Under the pieces are notes generated by a model that was not told where the DNA came from, searched no databases, and worked only from the letters and a program-made list of their open reading frames with translations. A stretch of DNA of 64,000 bases, taken from NCBI GenBank assembly GCA_964057225.1, contig CAXKVF010000074.1, positions 558,001-622,000 on the forward strand, read 5' to 3'. Position 1 is the stretch's first letter. Each line of letters begins with the position of its first letter. This document shows, in pieces, positions 29,501-44,500 of the stretch. The position numbers and the translations under genes are program-made. The stretch comes from Auanema rhodensis (lineage: Eukaryota > Animalia > Nematoda).

Positions 29501-32500
29501 TAAATGTACACGTGATGTGCACTTGGTATGTAACTCGCTTCACGTGAAAGATAAAGAGATGCGGTTTTCAAAATTAGATTACCCATGTCCATATTAGTCT
29601 AAAAACAAATTTTTATTGATATTGGTGCATGGTAACCATGACTTTGAAATTTACGTGAACTTTAATTTATGCTAATTAAATGTACACGTGATGTGCACTT
29701 GGTATGTAACTCGCTTCACGTGAAAGATAAAGAGATGCGGTTTTCAAAATTAGATCCCCCATGTCCATATTAGTCTAAATACTAATTTTTATTGATATTG
29801 GTGCATGGTAACCATGACTTTGAAATTTACGTGAACTTTAATTTATGCTAATTAAATGTACACGTGATGTGCACTTGGTATGTAACTCGCTTCACGTGAA
29901 AGATAAAGAGATGCGGTTTTCAAAATTAGATTCCCCATGTCCATATTAGTCTAAAAACAAATTTTTATTGATATTGGTGCATGGTAACCATGACTTTGAA
30001 ATTTACGTGAACTTTAATTTATGCTAATTAAATGTACACGTGATGTGCACTTGGTATGTAACTCGCTTCACGTGAAAGATAAAGAGATGCGGTTTTCAAA
30101 ATTAGATCCCCCATGTCCATATTAGTCTAAATACTAATTTTTATTGATATTGGTGCATGGTAACCATGACTTTGAAATTTACGTGAACTTTAATTTATGC
30201 TAATTAAATGTACACGTGATGTGCACTTGGTATGTAACTCGCTTCACGTGAAAGATAAAGAGATGCGGTTTTCAAAATTAGATTCCCCATGTCCATATTA
30301 GTCTAAAAACAAATTTTTATTGATATTGGTTCATGGTAACCATGACTTTGAAATTTACGTGAACTTTAATTTATGCTAATTAAATGTACACGTGATGTGC
30401 ACTTGGTATGTAACTCGCTTCACGTGAAAGATAAAGAGATGCGGTTTTCAAAATTAGATTACCCATGTCCATATTAGTCTAAAAACAAATTTTTATTGAT
30501 ATTGGTGCATGGTAACCATGACTTTGAAATTTACGTGAACTTTAATTTATGCTAATTAAATGTACACGTGATGTGCACTTGGTATGTAACTCGCTTCACG
30601 TGAAAGATAAAGAGATGCGGTTTTCAAAATTAGATCCCCCATGTCCATATTAGTCTAAATACTAATTTTTATTGATATTGGTGCATGGTAACCATGACTT
30701 TGAAATTTACGTGAACTTTAATTTATGCTAATTAAATGTACACGTGATGTGCACTTGGTATGTAACTCGCTTCACGTGAAAGATAAAGAGATGCGGTTTT
30801 CAAAATTAGATTCCCCATGTCCATATTAGTCTAAAAACAAATTTTTATTGATATTGGTGCATGGTAACCATGACTTTGAAATTTACGTGAACTTTAATTT
30901 ATGCTAATTAAATGTACACGTGATGTGCACTTGGTATGTAACTCGCTTCACGTGAAAGTTAAAGAGATGCGGTTTTCAAAATTAGATTCCCCATGTCCAT
31001 ATTAGTCTAAAAACAAATTTTTATTGATATTGGTGCATGGTAACCATGACTTTGAAATTTACGTGAACTTTAATTTATGCTAATTAAATGTACACGTGAT
31101 GTGCACTTGGTATGTAACTCGCTTCACGTGAAAGATAAAGAGAAGCGGTTTTCAAAATTATATTCCCCATGTCCATATTAGTCTAAAAACAAATTTTTAT
31201 TGATATTGGTGCATGGTAACCATGACTTTGAAATTTACGTGAACTTTAATTTATGCTAATTAAATGTACACGTGATGTGCACTTGGTATGTAACTCGCTT
31301 CACGTGAAAGATAAAGAGATGCGGTTTTCAAAATTAGATTCCCCATGTCCATATTAGTCTAAAAACAAATTTTTATTGATATTGGTGCATGGTAACCATG
31401 ACTTTGAATTTTACGTGAACTTTAATTTATGCTAATTAAATGTACACGTGATGTGCACTTGGTATGTAACTCGCTTCACGTGAAAGATAAAGAGATGCGG
31501 TTTTCAAAATTAGATTCCCCATGTCCATATTAGTCTAAAAACAAATTTTTATTGATATTGGTTCATGGTAACCATGACTTTGAAATTTACGTGAACTTTA
31601 ATTTATGCTAATTAAATGTACACGTGATGTGCACTTGGTATGTAACTCGCTTCACGTGAAAGATAAAGAGATGCGGTTTTCAAAATTAGATTCCCCATGT
31701 CCATATTAGTCTAAAAACAAATTTTTATTGATATTGGTGCATGGTAACCATGACTTTGAAATTTACGTGAACTTTAATTTATGCTAATTAAATGTACACG
31801 TGATGTGCTCTTGGTATGTAACTCGCTTCACGTGAAAGATAAAGAGATGCGGTTTTCAAAATTAGATTACCCATGTCCATATTAGTCTAAAAACAAATTT
31901 TTATTGATATTGGTGCATGGTAACCATGACTTTGAAATTTACGTGAACTTTAATTTATGCTAATTAAATGTACACGTGATGTGCACTTGGTATGTAACTC
32001 GCTTCACGTGAAAGATAAAGAGATGCGGTTTTCAAAATTAGATTCCCCATGTCCATATTAGTCTAAAAACAAATTTTTATTGATATTGGTTCATGGTAAC
32101 CATGACTTTGAAATTTACGTGAACTTTAATTTATGCTAATTAAATGTACACGTGATGTGCACTTGGTATGTAACTCGCTTCACGTGAAAGATAAAGAGAT
32201 GCGGTTTTCAAAATTAGATTCCCCATGTCCATATTAGTCTAAAAACAAATTTTTATTGATATTGGTTCATGGTAACCATGACTTTGAAATTTACGTGAAC
32301 TTTAATTTATGTTAATTAAATGTACACGTGATGTGCACTTGGTATGTAACTCGCTTCACGTGAAAGATAAAGAGATGCGGTTTTCAAAATTAGATTCCCC
32401 ATGTCCATATTAGTCTAAAAACAAATTTTTATTGATATTGGTTCATGGTAACCATGACTTTGAAATTTACGTGAACTTTAATTTATGCTAATTAAATGTA

Positions 32501-35500
32501 CACGTGATGTGCTCTTGGTATGTAACTCGCTTCACGTGAAAGATAAAGAGATGCGGTTTTCAAAATTAGATTACCCATGTCCATATTAGTCTAAAAACAA
32601 ATTTTTATTGATATTGGTGCATGGTAACCATGACTTTGAAATTTACGTGAACTTTAATTTATGCTAATTAAATGTACACGTGATGTGCACTTGGTATGTA
32701 ACTCGCTTCACGTGAAAGATAAAGAGATGCGGTTTTCAAAATTATATTCCCCATGTCCATATTAGTCTAAAAACAAATTTTTATTGATATTGGTGCATGG
32801 TAACCATGACTTTGAAATTTACGTGAACTTTAATTTATGCTAATTAAATGTACACGTGATGTGCACTTGGTATGTAACTCGCTTCACGTGAAAGATAAAG
32901 AGATGCGGTTTTCAAAATTAGATTCCCCATGTCCATATTAGTCTAAAAACAAATTTTTATTGATATTGGTTCATGGTAACCATGACTTTGAAATTTACGT
33001 GAACTTTAATTTATGCTAATTAAATGTACACGTGATGTGCACTTGGTATGTAACTCGCTTCACGTGAAAGTTAAAGAGATACGGTTTTCAAAATTAGATT
33101 CCCCATGTCCATATTAGTCTAAAAACAAATTTTTATTGATATTGGTGCATGGTAACCATGACTTTGAAATTTACGTGAACTTTAATTTATGCTAATTAAA
33201 TGTACACGTGATGTGCACTTGGTATGTAACTCGCTTCACGTGAAAGATAAAGAGATGCAGTTTTCAAAATTAGATTCCCCATGTCCATATTAGTCTAAAA
33301 ACAAATTTTTATTGATATTGGTGCATGGTAACCATGACTTTGAAATTTACGTGAACTTTAATTTATGCTAATTAAATGTACACGTGATGTGCTCTTGGTA
33401 TGTAACTCGCTTCACGTGAAAGATAAAGAGATGCGGTTTTCAAAATTAGATTACCCATGTCCATATTAGTCTAAAAACAAATTTTTATTGATATTGGTGC
33501 ATGGTAACCATGACTTTGAAATTTACGTGAACTTTAATTTATGCTAATTAAATGTACACGTGATGTGCACTTGGTATGTAACTCGCTTCACGTGAAAGTT
33601 AAAGAGATGCGGTTTTCAAAATTAGATTACCCATGTCCATATTAGTCTAAAAACAAATTTTTATTGATATTGGTTCATGGTAACCATGACTTTGAAATTT
33701 ACGTGAACTTTAATTTATGCTAATTAAATGTACACGTGATGTGCACTTGGTATGTAACTCGCTTCACGTGAAAGATAAAGAGATGCGGTTTTCAAAATTA
33801 GATCCCCCATGTCCATATTAGTGTAAATACTAATTTTTATTGATATTGGTGCATGGTAACCATGACTTTGAAATTTACGTGAACTTTAATTTATGCTAAT
33901 TAAATGTACACGTGATGTGCACTTGGTATGTAACTCGCTTCACGTGAAAGATAAAGAGATGCGGTTTTCAAAATTAGATTCCCCATGTCCATATTAGTCT
34001 AAAAACAAATTTTTATTGATATTGGTTCATGGTAACCATGACTTTGAAATTTACGTGAACTTTAATTTATGCTAATTAAATGTACACGTGATGTGCACTT
34101 GGTATGTAACTCGCTTCACGTGAAAGTTAAAGAGATACGGTTTTCAAAATTAGATTCCCCATGTCCATATTAGTCTAAAAACAAATTTTTATTGATATTG
34201 GTGCATGGTAACCATGACTTTGAAATTTACGTGAACTTTAATTTATGCTAATTAAATGTACACGTGATGTGCACTTGGTATGTAACTCGCTTCACGTGAA
34301 AGATAAAGAGATGCGGTTTTCAAAATTATATTCCCCATGTCCATATTAGTCTAAAAACAAATTTTTATTGATATTGGTGCATGGTAACCATGACTTTGAA
34401 ATTTACGTGAACTTTAATTTATGCTAATTAAATGTACACGTGATGTGCACTTGGTATGTAACTCGCTTCACGTGAAAGATAAAGAGATGCGGTTTTCAAA
34501 ATTAGATTCCCCATGTCCATATTAGTCTAAAAACAAATTTTTATTGATATTGGTGCATGGTAACCATGACTTTGAATTTTACGTGAACTTTAATTTATGC
34601 TAATTAAATGTACACGTGATGTGCACTTGGTATGTAACTCGCTTCACGTGAAAGATAAAGAGATGCGGTTTTTAAAATTAGATTCCCCATGTCCATATTA
34701 GTCTAAAAACAAATTTTTATTGATATTGGTTCATGGTAACCATGACTTTGAAATTTACGTGAACTTTAATTTATGCTAATTAAATGTACACGTGATGTGC
34801 TCTTGGTATGTAACTCGCTTCACGTGAAAGATAAAGAGATGCGGTTTTCAAAATTAGATTACCCATGTCCATATTAGTCTAAAAACAAATTTTTATTGAT
34901 ATTGGTGCATGGTAACCATGACTTTGAAATTTACGTGAACTTTAATTTATGCTAATTAAATGTACACGTGATGTGCACTTGGTATGTAACTCGCTTCACG
35001 TGAAAGATAAAGAGATGCGGTTTTCAAAATTAGATTCCCCATGTCCATATTAGTCTAAAAACAAATTTTTATTGATATTGGTTCATGGTAACCATGACTT
35101 TGAAATTTACGTGAACTTTAATTTATGCTAATTAAATGTACACGTGATGTGCACTTGGTATGTAACTCGCTTCACGTGAAAGATAAAGAGATGCGGTTTT
35201 CAAAATTAGATTCCCCATGTCCATATTAGTCTAAAAACAAATTTTTATTGATATTGGTTCATGGTAACCATGACTTTGAAATTTACGTGAACTTTAATTT
35301 ATGCTAATTAAATGTACACGTGATGTGCTCTTGGTATGTAACTCGCTTCACGTGAAAGATAAAGAGATGCGGTTTTCAAAATTAGATTACCCATGTCCAT
35401 ATTAGTCTAAAAACAAATTTTTATTGATATTGGTGCATGGTAACCATGACTTTGAAATTTACGTGAACTTTAATTTATGCTAATTAAATGTACACGTGAT

Positions 35501-38500
35501 GTGCACTTGGTATGTAACTCGCTTCACGTGAAAGATAAAGAGATGCGGTTTTCAAAATTAGATTCCCCATGTCCATATTAGTCTAAAAACAAATTTTTAT
35601 TGATATTGGTTCATGGTAACCATGACTTTGAAATTTACGTGAACTTTAATTTATGCTAATTAAATGTACACGTGATGTGCACTTGGTATGTAACTCGCTT
35701 CACGTGAAAGATAAAGAGATGCGGTTTTCAAAATTAGATTCCCCATGTCCATATTAGTCTAAAAACAAATATTTATTGATATTGGTTCATGGTAACCATG
35801 ACTTTGAAATTTACGTGAACTTTAATTTATGCTAATTAAATGTACACGTGATGTGCACTTGGTATGTAACTCGCTTCACGTGAAAGTTAAAGAGATACGG
35901 TTTTCAAAATTAGATTCCCCATGTCCATATTAGTCTAAAAACAAATTTTTATTGATATTGGTGCATGGTAACCATGACTTTGAAATTTACGTGAACTTTA
36001 ATTTATGCTAATTAAATGTACACGTGATGTGCACTTGGTATGTAACTCGCTTCACGTGAAAGATAAAGAGATGCGGTTTTCAAAATTAGATTCCCCATGT
36101 CCATATTAGTCTAAAAACAAATTTTTATTGATATTGGTGCATGGTAACCATGACTTTGAAATTTACGTGAACTTTAATTTATGCTAATTAAATGTACACG
36201 TGATGTGCTCTTGGTATGTAACTCGCTTCACGTGAAAGATAAAGAGATGCGGTTTTCAAAATTAGATTACCCATGTCCATATTAGTCTAAAAACAAATTT
36301 TTATTGATATTGGTGCATGGTAACCATGACTTTGAAATTTACGTGAACTTTAATTTATGCTAATTAAATGTACACGTGATGTGCACTTGGTATGTAACTC
36401 GCTTCACGTGAAAGTTAAAGAGATGCGGTTTTCAAAATTAGATTACCCATGTCCATATTAGTCTAAAAACAAATTTTTATTGATATTGGTTCATGGTAAC
36501 CATGACTTTGAAATTTACGTGAACTTTAATTTATGCTAATTAAATGTACACGTGATGTGCACTTGGTATGTAACTCGCTTCACGTGAAAGATAAAGAGAT
36601 GCGGTTTTCAAAATTAGATCTCCCATGTCCATATTAGTCTAAATACTAATTTTTATTGATATTGGTGCATGGTAACCATGACTTTGAAATTTACGTGAAC
36701 TTTAATTTATGCTAATTAAATGTACACGTGATGTGCACTTGGTATGTAACTCGCTTCACGTGAAAGATAAAGAGATGCGGTTTTCAAAATTAGATTCCCC
36801 ATGTCCATATTAGTCTAAAAACAAATTTTTATTGATATTGGTTCATGGTAACCATGACTTTGAAATTTACGTGAACTTTAATTTATGCTAATTAAATGTA
36901 CACGTGATGTGCACTTGGTATGTAACTCGCTTCACGTGAAAGTTAAAGAGATACGGTTTTCAAAATTAGATTCCCCATGTCCATATTAGTCTAAAAACAA
37001 ATTTTTATTGATATTGGTGCATGGTAACCATGACTTTGAAATTTACGTGAACTTTAATTTATGCTAATTAAATGTACACGTGATGTGCACTTGGTATGTA
37101 ACTCGCTTCACGTGAAAGATAAAGAGATGCGGTTTTCAAAATTATATTCCCCATGTCCATATTAGTCTAAAAACAAATTTTTATTGATATTGGTGCATGG
37201 TAACCATGACTTTGAAATTTACGTGAACTTTAATTTATGCTAATTAAATGTACACGTGATGTGCACTTGGTATGTAACTCGCTTCACGTGAAAGATAAAG
37301 AGATGCGGTTTTCAAAATTAGATTCCCCATGTCCATATTAGTCTAAAAACAAATTTTTATTGATATTGGTGCATGGTAACCATGACTTTGAATTTTACGT
37401 GAACTTTAATTTATGCTAATTAAATGTACACGTGATGTGCACTTGGTATGTAACTCGCTTCACGTGAAAGATAAAGAGATGCGGTTTTCAAAATTAGATT
37501 CCCCATGTCCATATTAGTCTAAAAACAAATTTTTATTGATATTGGTGCATGGTAACCATGACTTTGAATTTTACGTGAACTTTAATTTATGCTAATTAAA
37601 TGTACACGTGATGTGCACTTGGTATGTAACTCGCTTCACGTGAAAGATAAAGAGATGCGGTTTTCAAAATTAGATTACCCATGTCCATATTAGTCTAAAA
37701 ACAAATTTTTATTGATATTGGTGCATGGTAACCATGACTTTGAAATTTACGTGAACTTTAATTTATGCTAATTAAATGTACACGTGATGTGCACTTGGTA
37801 TGTAACTCGCTTCACGTGAAAGATAAAGAGATGCGGTTTTCAAAATTAGATTCCCCATGTCCATATTAGTCTAAAAACAAATTTTTATTGATATTGGTTC
37901 ATGGTAACCATGACTTTGAAATTTACGTGAACTTTAATTTATGCTAATTAAATGTACACGTGATGTGCACTTGGTATGTAACTCGCTTCACGTGAAAGAT
38001 AAAGAGATGCGGTTTTCAAAATTAGATTCCCCATGTCCATATTAGTCTAAAAACAAATTTTTATTGATATTGGTTCATGGTAACCATGACTTTGAAATTT
38101 ACGTGAACTTTAATTTATGCTAATTAAATGTACACGTGATGTGCACTTGGTATGTAACTCGCTTCACGTGAAAGATAAAGAGATGCGGTTTTCAAAATTA
38201 GATTCCCCATGTCCATATTAGTCTAAAAACAAATTTTTATTGATATTGGTGCATGGTAACCATGACTTTGAAATTTACGTGAACTTTAATTTATGCTAAT
38301 TAAATGTACACGTGATGTGCACTTGGTATGTAACTCGCTTCACGTGAAAGATAAAGAGATGCGGTTTTCAAAATTAGATTCCCCATGTCCATATTAGTCT
38401 AAAAACAAATTTTTATTGATATTGGTGCATGGTAACCATGACTTTGAATTTTACGTGAACTTTAATTTATGCTAATTAAATGTACACGTGATGTGCACTT

Positions 38501-41500
38501 GGTATGTAACTCGCTTCACGTGAAAGATAAAGAGATGCGGTTTTCAAAATTAGATTCCCCATGTCCATATTAGTCTAAAAACAAATTTTTATTGATATTG
38601 GTGCATGGTAACCATGACTTTGAATTTTACGTGAACTTTAATTTATGCTAATTAAATGTACACGTGATGTGCACTTGGTATGTAACTCGCTTCACGTGAA
38701 AGATAAAGAGATGCGGTTTTCAAAATTAGATTACCCATGTCCATATTAGTCTAAAAACAAATTTTTATTGATATTGGTGCATGGTAACCATGACTTTGAA
38801 ATTTACGTGAACTTTAATTTATGCTAATTAAATGTACACGTGATGTGCACTTGGTATGTAACTCGCTTCACGTGAAAGATAAAGAGATGCGGTTTTCAAA
38901 ATTAGATTCCCCATGTCCATATTAGTCTAAAAACAAATTTTTATTGATATTGGTTCATGGTAACCATGACTTTGAAATTTACGTGAACTTTAATTTATGC
39001 TAATTAAATGTACACGTGATGTGCACTTGGTATGTAACTCGCTTCACGTGAAAGATAAAGAGATGCGGTTTTCAAAATTAGATTCCCCATGTCCATATTA
39101 GTCTAAAAACAAATTTTTATTGATATTGGTTCATGGTAACCATGACTTTGAAATTTACGTGAACTTTAATTTATGCTAATTAAATGTACACGTGATGTGC
39201 ACTTGGTATGTAACTCGCTTCACGTGAAAGATAAAGAGATGCGGTTTTCAAAATTAGATTCCCCATGTCCATATTAGTCTAAAAACAAATTTTTATTGAT
39301 ATTGGTGCATGGTAACCATGACTTTGAAATTTACGTGAACTTTAATTTATGCTAATTAAATGTACACGTGATGTGCACTTGGTATGTAACTCGCTTCACG
39401 TGAAAGATAAAGAGATGCGGTTTTCAAAATTAGATTCCCCATGTCCATATTAGTCTAAAAACAAATTTTTATTGATATTGGTTCATGGTAACCATGACTT
39501 TGAAATTTACGTGAACTTTAATTTATGCTAATTAAATGTACACGTGATGTGCACTTGGTATGTAACTCGCTTCACGTGAAAGATAAAGAGATGCGGTTTT
39601 CAAAATTAGATTACCCATGTCCATATTAGTCTAAAAACAAGTTTTTATTGATATTGGTGCATGGTAACCATGACTTTGAAATTTACGTGAACTTTAATTT
39701 ATGCTAATTAAATGTACACGTGATGTGCACTTGGTATGTAACTCGCTTCACGTGAAAGATAAAGAGATGCGGTTTTCAAAATTAGATCCCACATGTCCAT
39801 ATTAGTCTAAATACTAATTTTTATTGATATTGGTGCATGGTAACCATGACTTTGAAATTTACGTGAACTTTAATTTATGCTAATTAAATGTACACGTGAT
39901 GTGCACTTGGTATGTAACTCGCTTCACGTGAAAGATAAAGAGATGCGGTTTTCAAAATTAGATTCCCCATGTCCATATTAGTCTAAAAACAAATTTTTAT
40001 TGATATTGGTTCATGGTAACCATGACTTTGAAATTTACGTGAACTTTAATTTATGCTAATTAAATGTACACGTGATGTGCACTTGGTATGTAACTCGCTT
40101 CACGTTAAAGTTAAAGAGATGCGGTTTTCAAAATCAGATTCCCCATGTCCATATTAGTCTAAAAACAAATTTTTATTGATATTGGTGCATGGTAACCATG
40201 ACTTTGAAATTTACGTGAACTTTAATTTATGCTAATTAAATGTACACGTGATGTGCACTTGGTATGTAACTCGCTTCACGTGAAAGATAAAGAGATGCGG
40301 TTTTCAAAATTATATTCCCCATGTCCATATTAGTCTAAAAACAAATTTTTATTGATATTGGTGCATGGTAACCATGACTTTGAATTTTACGTGAACTTTA
40401 ATTTATGCTAATTAAATGTACACGTGATGTGCACTTGGTATGTAACTCGCTTCACGTGAAAGATAAAGAGATGCGGTTTTCAAAATTAGATTCCCCATGT
40501 CCATATTAGTCTAAAAACAAATTTTTATTGATATTGGTTCATGGTAACCATAACTTTGAAATTTACGTGAACTTTAATTTATGCTAATTAAATGTACACG
40601 TGATGTGCACTTGGTATGTAACTCGCTTCACGTGAAAGATAAAGAGATGCGGTTTTCAAAATTAGATTCCCAATGTCCATATTAGTCTAAAAACAAATTT
40701 TTATTGATATTGGTTCATGGTAACCATGACTTTGAAATTTACGTGAACTTTAATTTATGCTAATTAAATGTACACGTGATGTGCACTTGGTATGTAACTC
40801 GCTTCACGTGAAAGATAAAGAGATGCGGTTTTCAAAATTAGATTCCCCATGTCCATATTAGTCTAAAAACAAATTTTTATTGATATTGGTGCATGGTAAC
40901 CATGACTTTGAAATTTACGTGAACTTTAATTTATGCTAATTAAATGTACACGTGATGTGCTCTTGGTATGTAACTCGCTTCACGTGAAAGATAAAGAGAT
41001 GCGGTTTTCAAAATTAAATTACCCATGTCCATATTAGTCTAAAAACAAATTTTTATTGATATTGGTGCATGGTAACCATGACTTTGAAATTTACGTGAAC
41101 TTTAATTTATGCTAATTAAATGTACACGTGATGTGCACTTGGTATGTAACTCGCTTCACGTGAAAGATAAAGAGATGCGGTTTTCAAAATTAGATTACCC
41201 ATGTCCATATTAGTCTAAAAACAAATTTTTATTGATATTGGTTCATGGTAACCATGACTTTGAAATTTACGTGAACTTTAATTTATGCTAATTAAATGTA
41301 CACGTGATGTGCACTTGGTATGTAACTCGCTTCACGTGAAAGATAAAGAGATGCGGTTTTCAAAATTAGATCCCCCATGTCCATATTAGTCTAAATACTA
41401 ATTTTTATTGATATTGGTGCATGGTAACCATGACTTTGAAATTTACGTGAACTTTAATTTATGCTAATTAAATGTACACGTGATGTGCACTTGGTATGTA

Positions 41501-44500
41501 ACTCGCTTCACGTGAAAGATAAAGAGATGCGGTTTTCAAAATTAGATTCCCCATGTCCATATTAGTCTAAAAACAAATTTTTATTGATATTGGTTCATGG
41601 TAACCATGACTTTGAAATTTACGTGAACTTTAATTTATGCTAATTAAATGTACACGTGATGTGCACTTGGTATGTAACTCGCTTCACGTGAAAGATAAAG
41701 AGATGCGGTTTTCAAAATTAGATTCCCCATGTCCATATTAGTCTAAAAACAAATTTTTATTGATATTGGTTCATGGTAACCATGACTTTGAAATTTACGT
41801 GAACATTAATTTATGCTAATTAAATGTACACGTGATGTGCACTTGGTATGTAACTCGCTTCACGTGAAAGATAAAGAGATGCGGTTTTCAAAATTAGATT
41901 ACTCATGTCCATATTAGTCTAAAAACAAATTTTTATTGATATTGGTTCATGGTAACCATGACTTTGAAATTTACGTGAACTTTAATTTATGCTAATTAAA
42001 TGTACACGTGATGTGCACTTGGTATGTAACTCGCTTCACGTGAAAGATAAAGAGATGCGGTTTTCAAAATTAGATTCCCCATGTCCATATTAGTCTAAAA
42101 ACAAATTTTTATTGATATTGGTTCATGGTAACCATGACTTTGAAATTTACGTGAACTTTAATTTATGCTAATTAAATGTACACGTGATGTGCACTTGGTA
42201 TGTAACTCGCTTCACGTGAAAGATAAAGAGATGCGGTTTTCAAAATTAGATTACTCATGTCCATATTAGTCTAAAAACAAATTTTTATTGATATTGGTTC
42301 ATGGTAACCATGACTTTGAAATTTACGTGAACTTTAATTTATGCTAATTAAATGTACACGTGATGTGCACTTGGTATGTAACTCGCTTCACGTGAAAGAT
42401 AAAGAGATGCGGTTTTCAAAATTAGATCCCCCATGTCCATATTAGTCTAAAAACAAATTTTTATTGATATTGGTGCATGGTAACCATGACTTTGAAATTT
42501 ACGTGAACTTTAATTTATGCTAATTAAATGTACACGTGATGTGCACTTGGTATGTAACTCGCTTCACGTGAAAGATAAAGAGATGCGGTTTTCAAAATTA
42601 GATTCCCCATGTCCATATTAGTCTAAAAACAATATTTTATTGATATTGGTTCATGGTAACCATGACTTTGAAATTTACGTGAACTTTAATTTATGCTAAT
42701 TAAATGTACACGTGATGTGCACTTGGTATGTAACTCGCTTCACGTGAAAGATAAAGAGATGCGGTTTTCAAAATTAGATTTCCCATGTCCATATTAGTCT
42801 AAAAACAAATTTTTATTGATATTGGTTCATGGTAACCATGACTTTGAAATTTACGTGAACTTTAATTTATGCTAATTAAATGTACACGTGATGTGCACTT
42901 GGTATGTAACTCGCTTCACGTGCAAGATAAAGAGATGCGGTTTTCAAAATTAGATTCCCCATGTCCATATTAGTCTAAAAACAAATTTTTATTGATATTA
43001 GTTCATGGTAACCAAGACTTTGAAATATACGTGAACTTTAATTTATGCTAATTAAATGTACACGTGATGTGCACTTGGTATGTAACTCGCTTCACGTGAA
43101 AGATAAAGAGATGCGGTTTTCAAAATTAGATTCCCCATGTCCATATTAGTCTAAAAACAAATTTTTATTGATATTGGTGCATGGTAACCATGACTTTGAA
43201 TTTTACGTGAACTTTAATTTATGCTAATTAATTGTACACGTGATGTGCACTTGGTATGTAACTCGCTTCACGTGAATGATAAAGAGATGCGGTTTTCAAA
43301 ATTAGATTCCCCATGTCCATATTAGTCTAAAAACAAATTTTTATTGATATTGGTTCATGGTAACCATGACTTTGAAATTTACGTGAACTTTAATTTATGC
43401 TAATTAAATGTACACGTGATGTGCACTTGGTATGTAACTCGCTTCACGTGAAAGATAAAGAGATGCGGTTTTCAAAATTAGATTCCCCATGTCCATATTA
43501 GTCTAAAAACAAATTTTTATTGATATTGCTTCATGGTAACCATGACTTTGAAATTTACGTGAACTTTAATTTATGCTAATTAAATGTACACGTGATGTGC
43601 ACTTGATATGTAACTCGCTTCACGTGAAAGATAAAGAGATGCGGTTTTCAAAATTAGATTCCCCATGCCCATATTAGTCTAAAAACAAATTTTTATTGAT
43701 ATTGCTTCATGGTAACCATGACTTTGAAATTTACGTGAACTTTAATTTATGCTAATTAAATGTACACGTGATGTGCACTTGGTATGTAACTCGCTTCACG
43801 TGAAAGATAAAGAGATGCGGTTTCCAAAATTAGATTCCCCATGTCCATATTAGTCTAAAAACAAATTGTTATTGATATTGGTTCATGGTAACCATGACTT
43901 TGAAATTTACGTGAACTTTAATTTATGCTAATTAAATGTACACGTGATGTGCACTTGGTATGTAACTCGCTTCACGTGAAAGATAAAGAGATGCGGTTTC
44001 CAAAATTAGATTCCCCATGTCCATATTAGTCTAAAAACAAATTTTTATTGATATTGGTTCATGGTAACCATGACTTTGAAATTTACGTGAACTTTAATTT
44101 ATGCTAATTAAATGTACACGTGAAGTGCACTTGGTATGTAACTCGCTTCACGTGAAAGATAAAGAGATGCGGTTTTCAAAATTAGATTCCCCATGTCCAT
44201 ATTAGTCTAAAAACAAATTTTTATTGATATTGGTGCATGGTAACCATGACTTTGAATTTTACGTGAACTTTAATTTATGCTAATTAAATGTACACGTGAT
44301 GTGCACTTGGTATGTAACTCGCTTCACGTGAAAGATAAAGAGATGCGGTTTTCAAAATTAGATTCCCCATGTCCATATTAGTCTAAAAACAAATTTTTAT
44401 TGATATTGGTTCATGGTAACCATGACTTTGAAATTTACGTGAACTTTAATTTATGCTAATTAAATGTACACGTGATGTGCACTTGGTATGTAACTCGCTT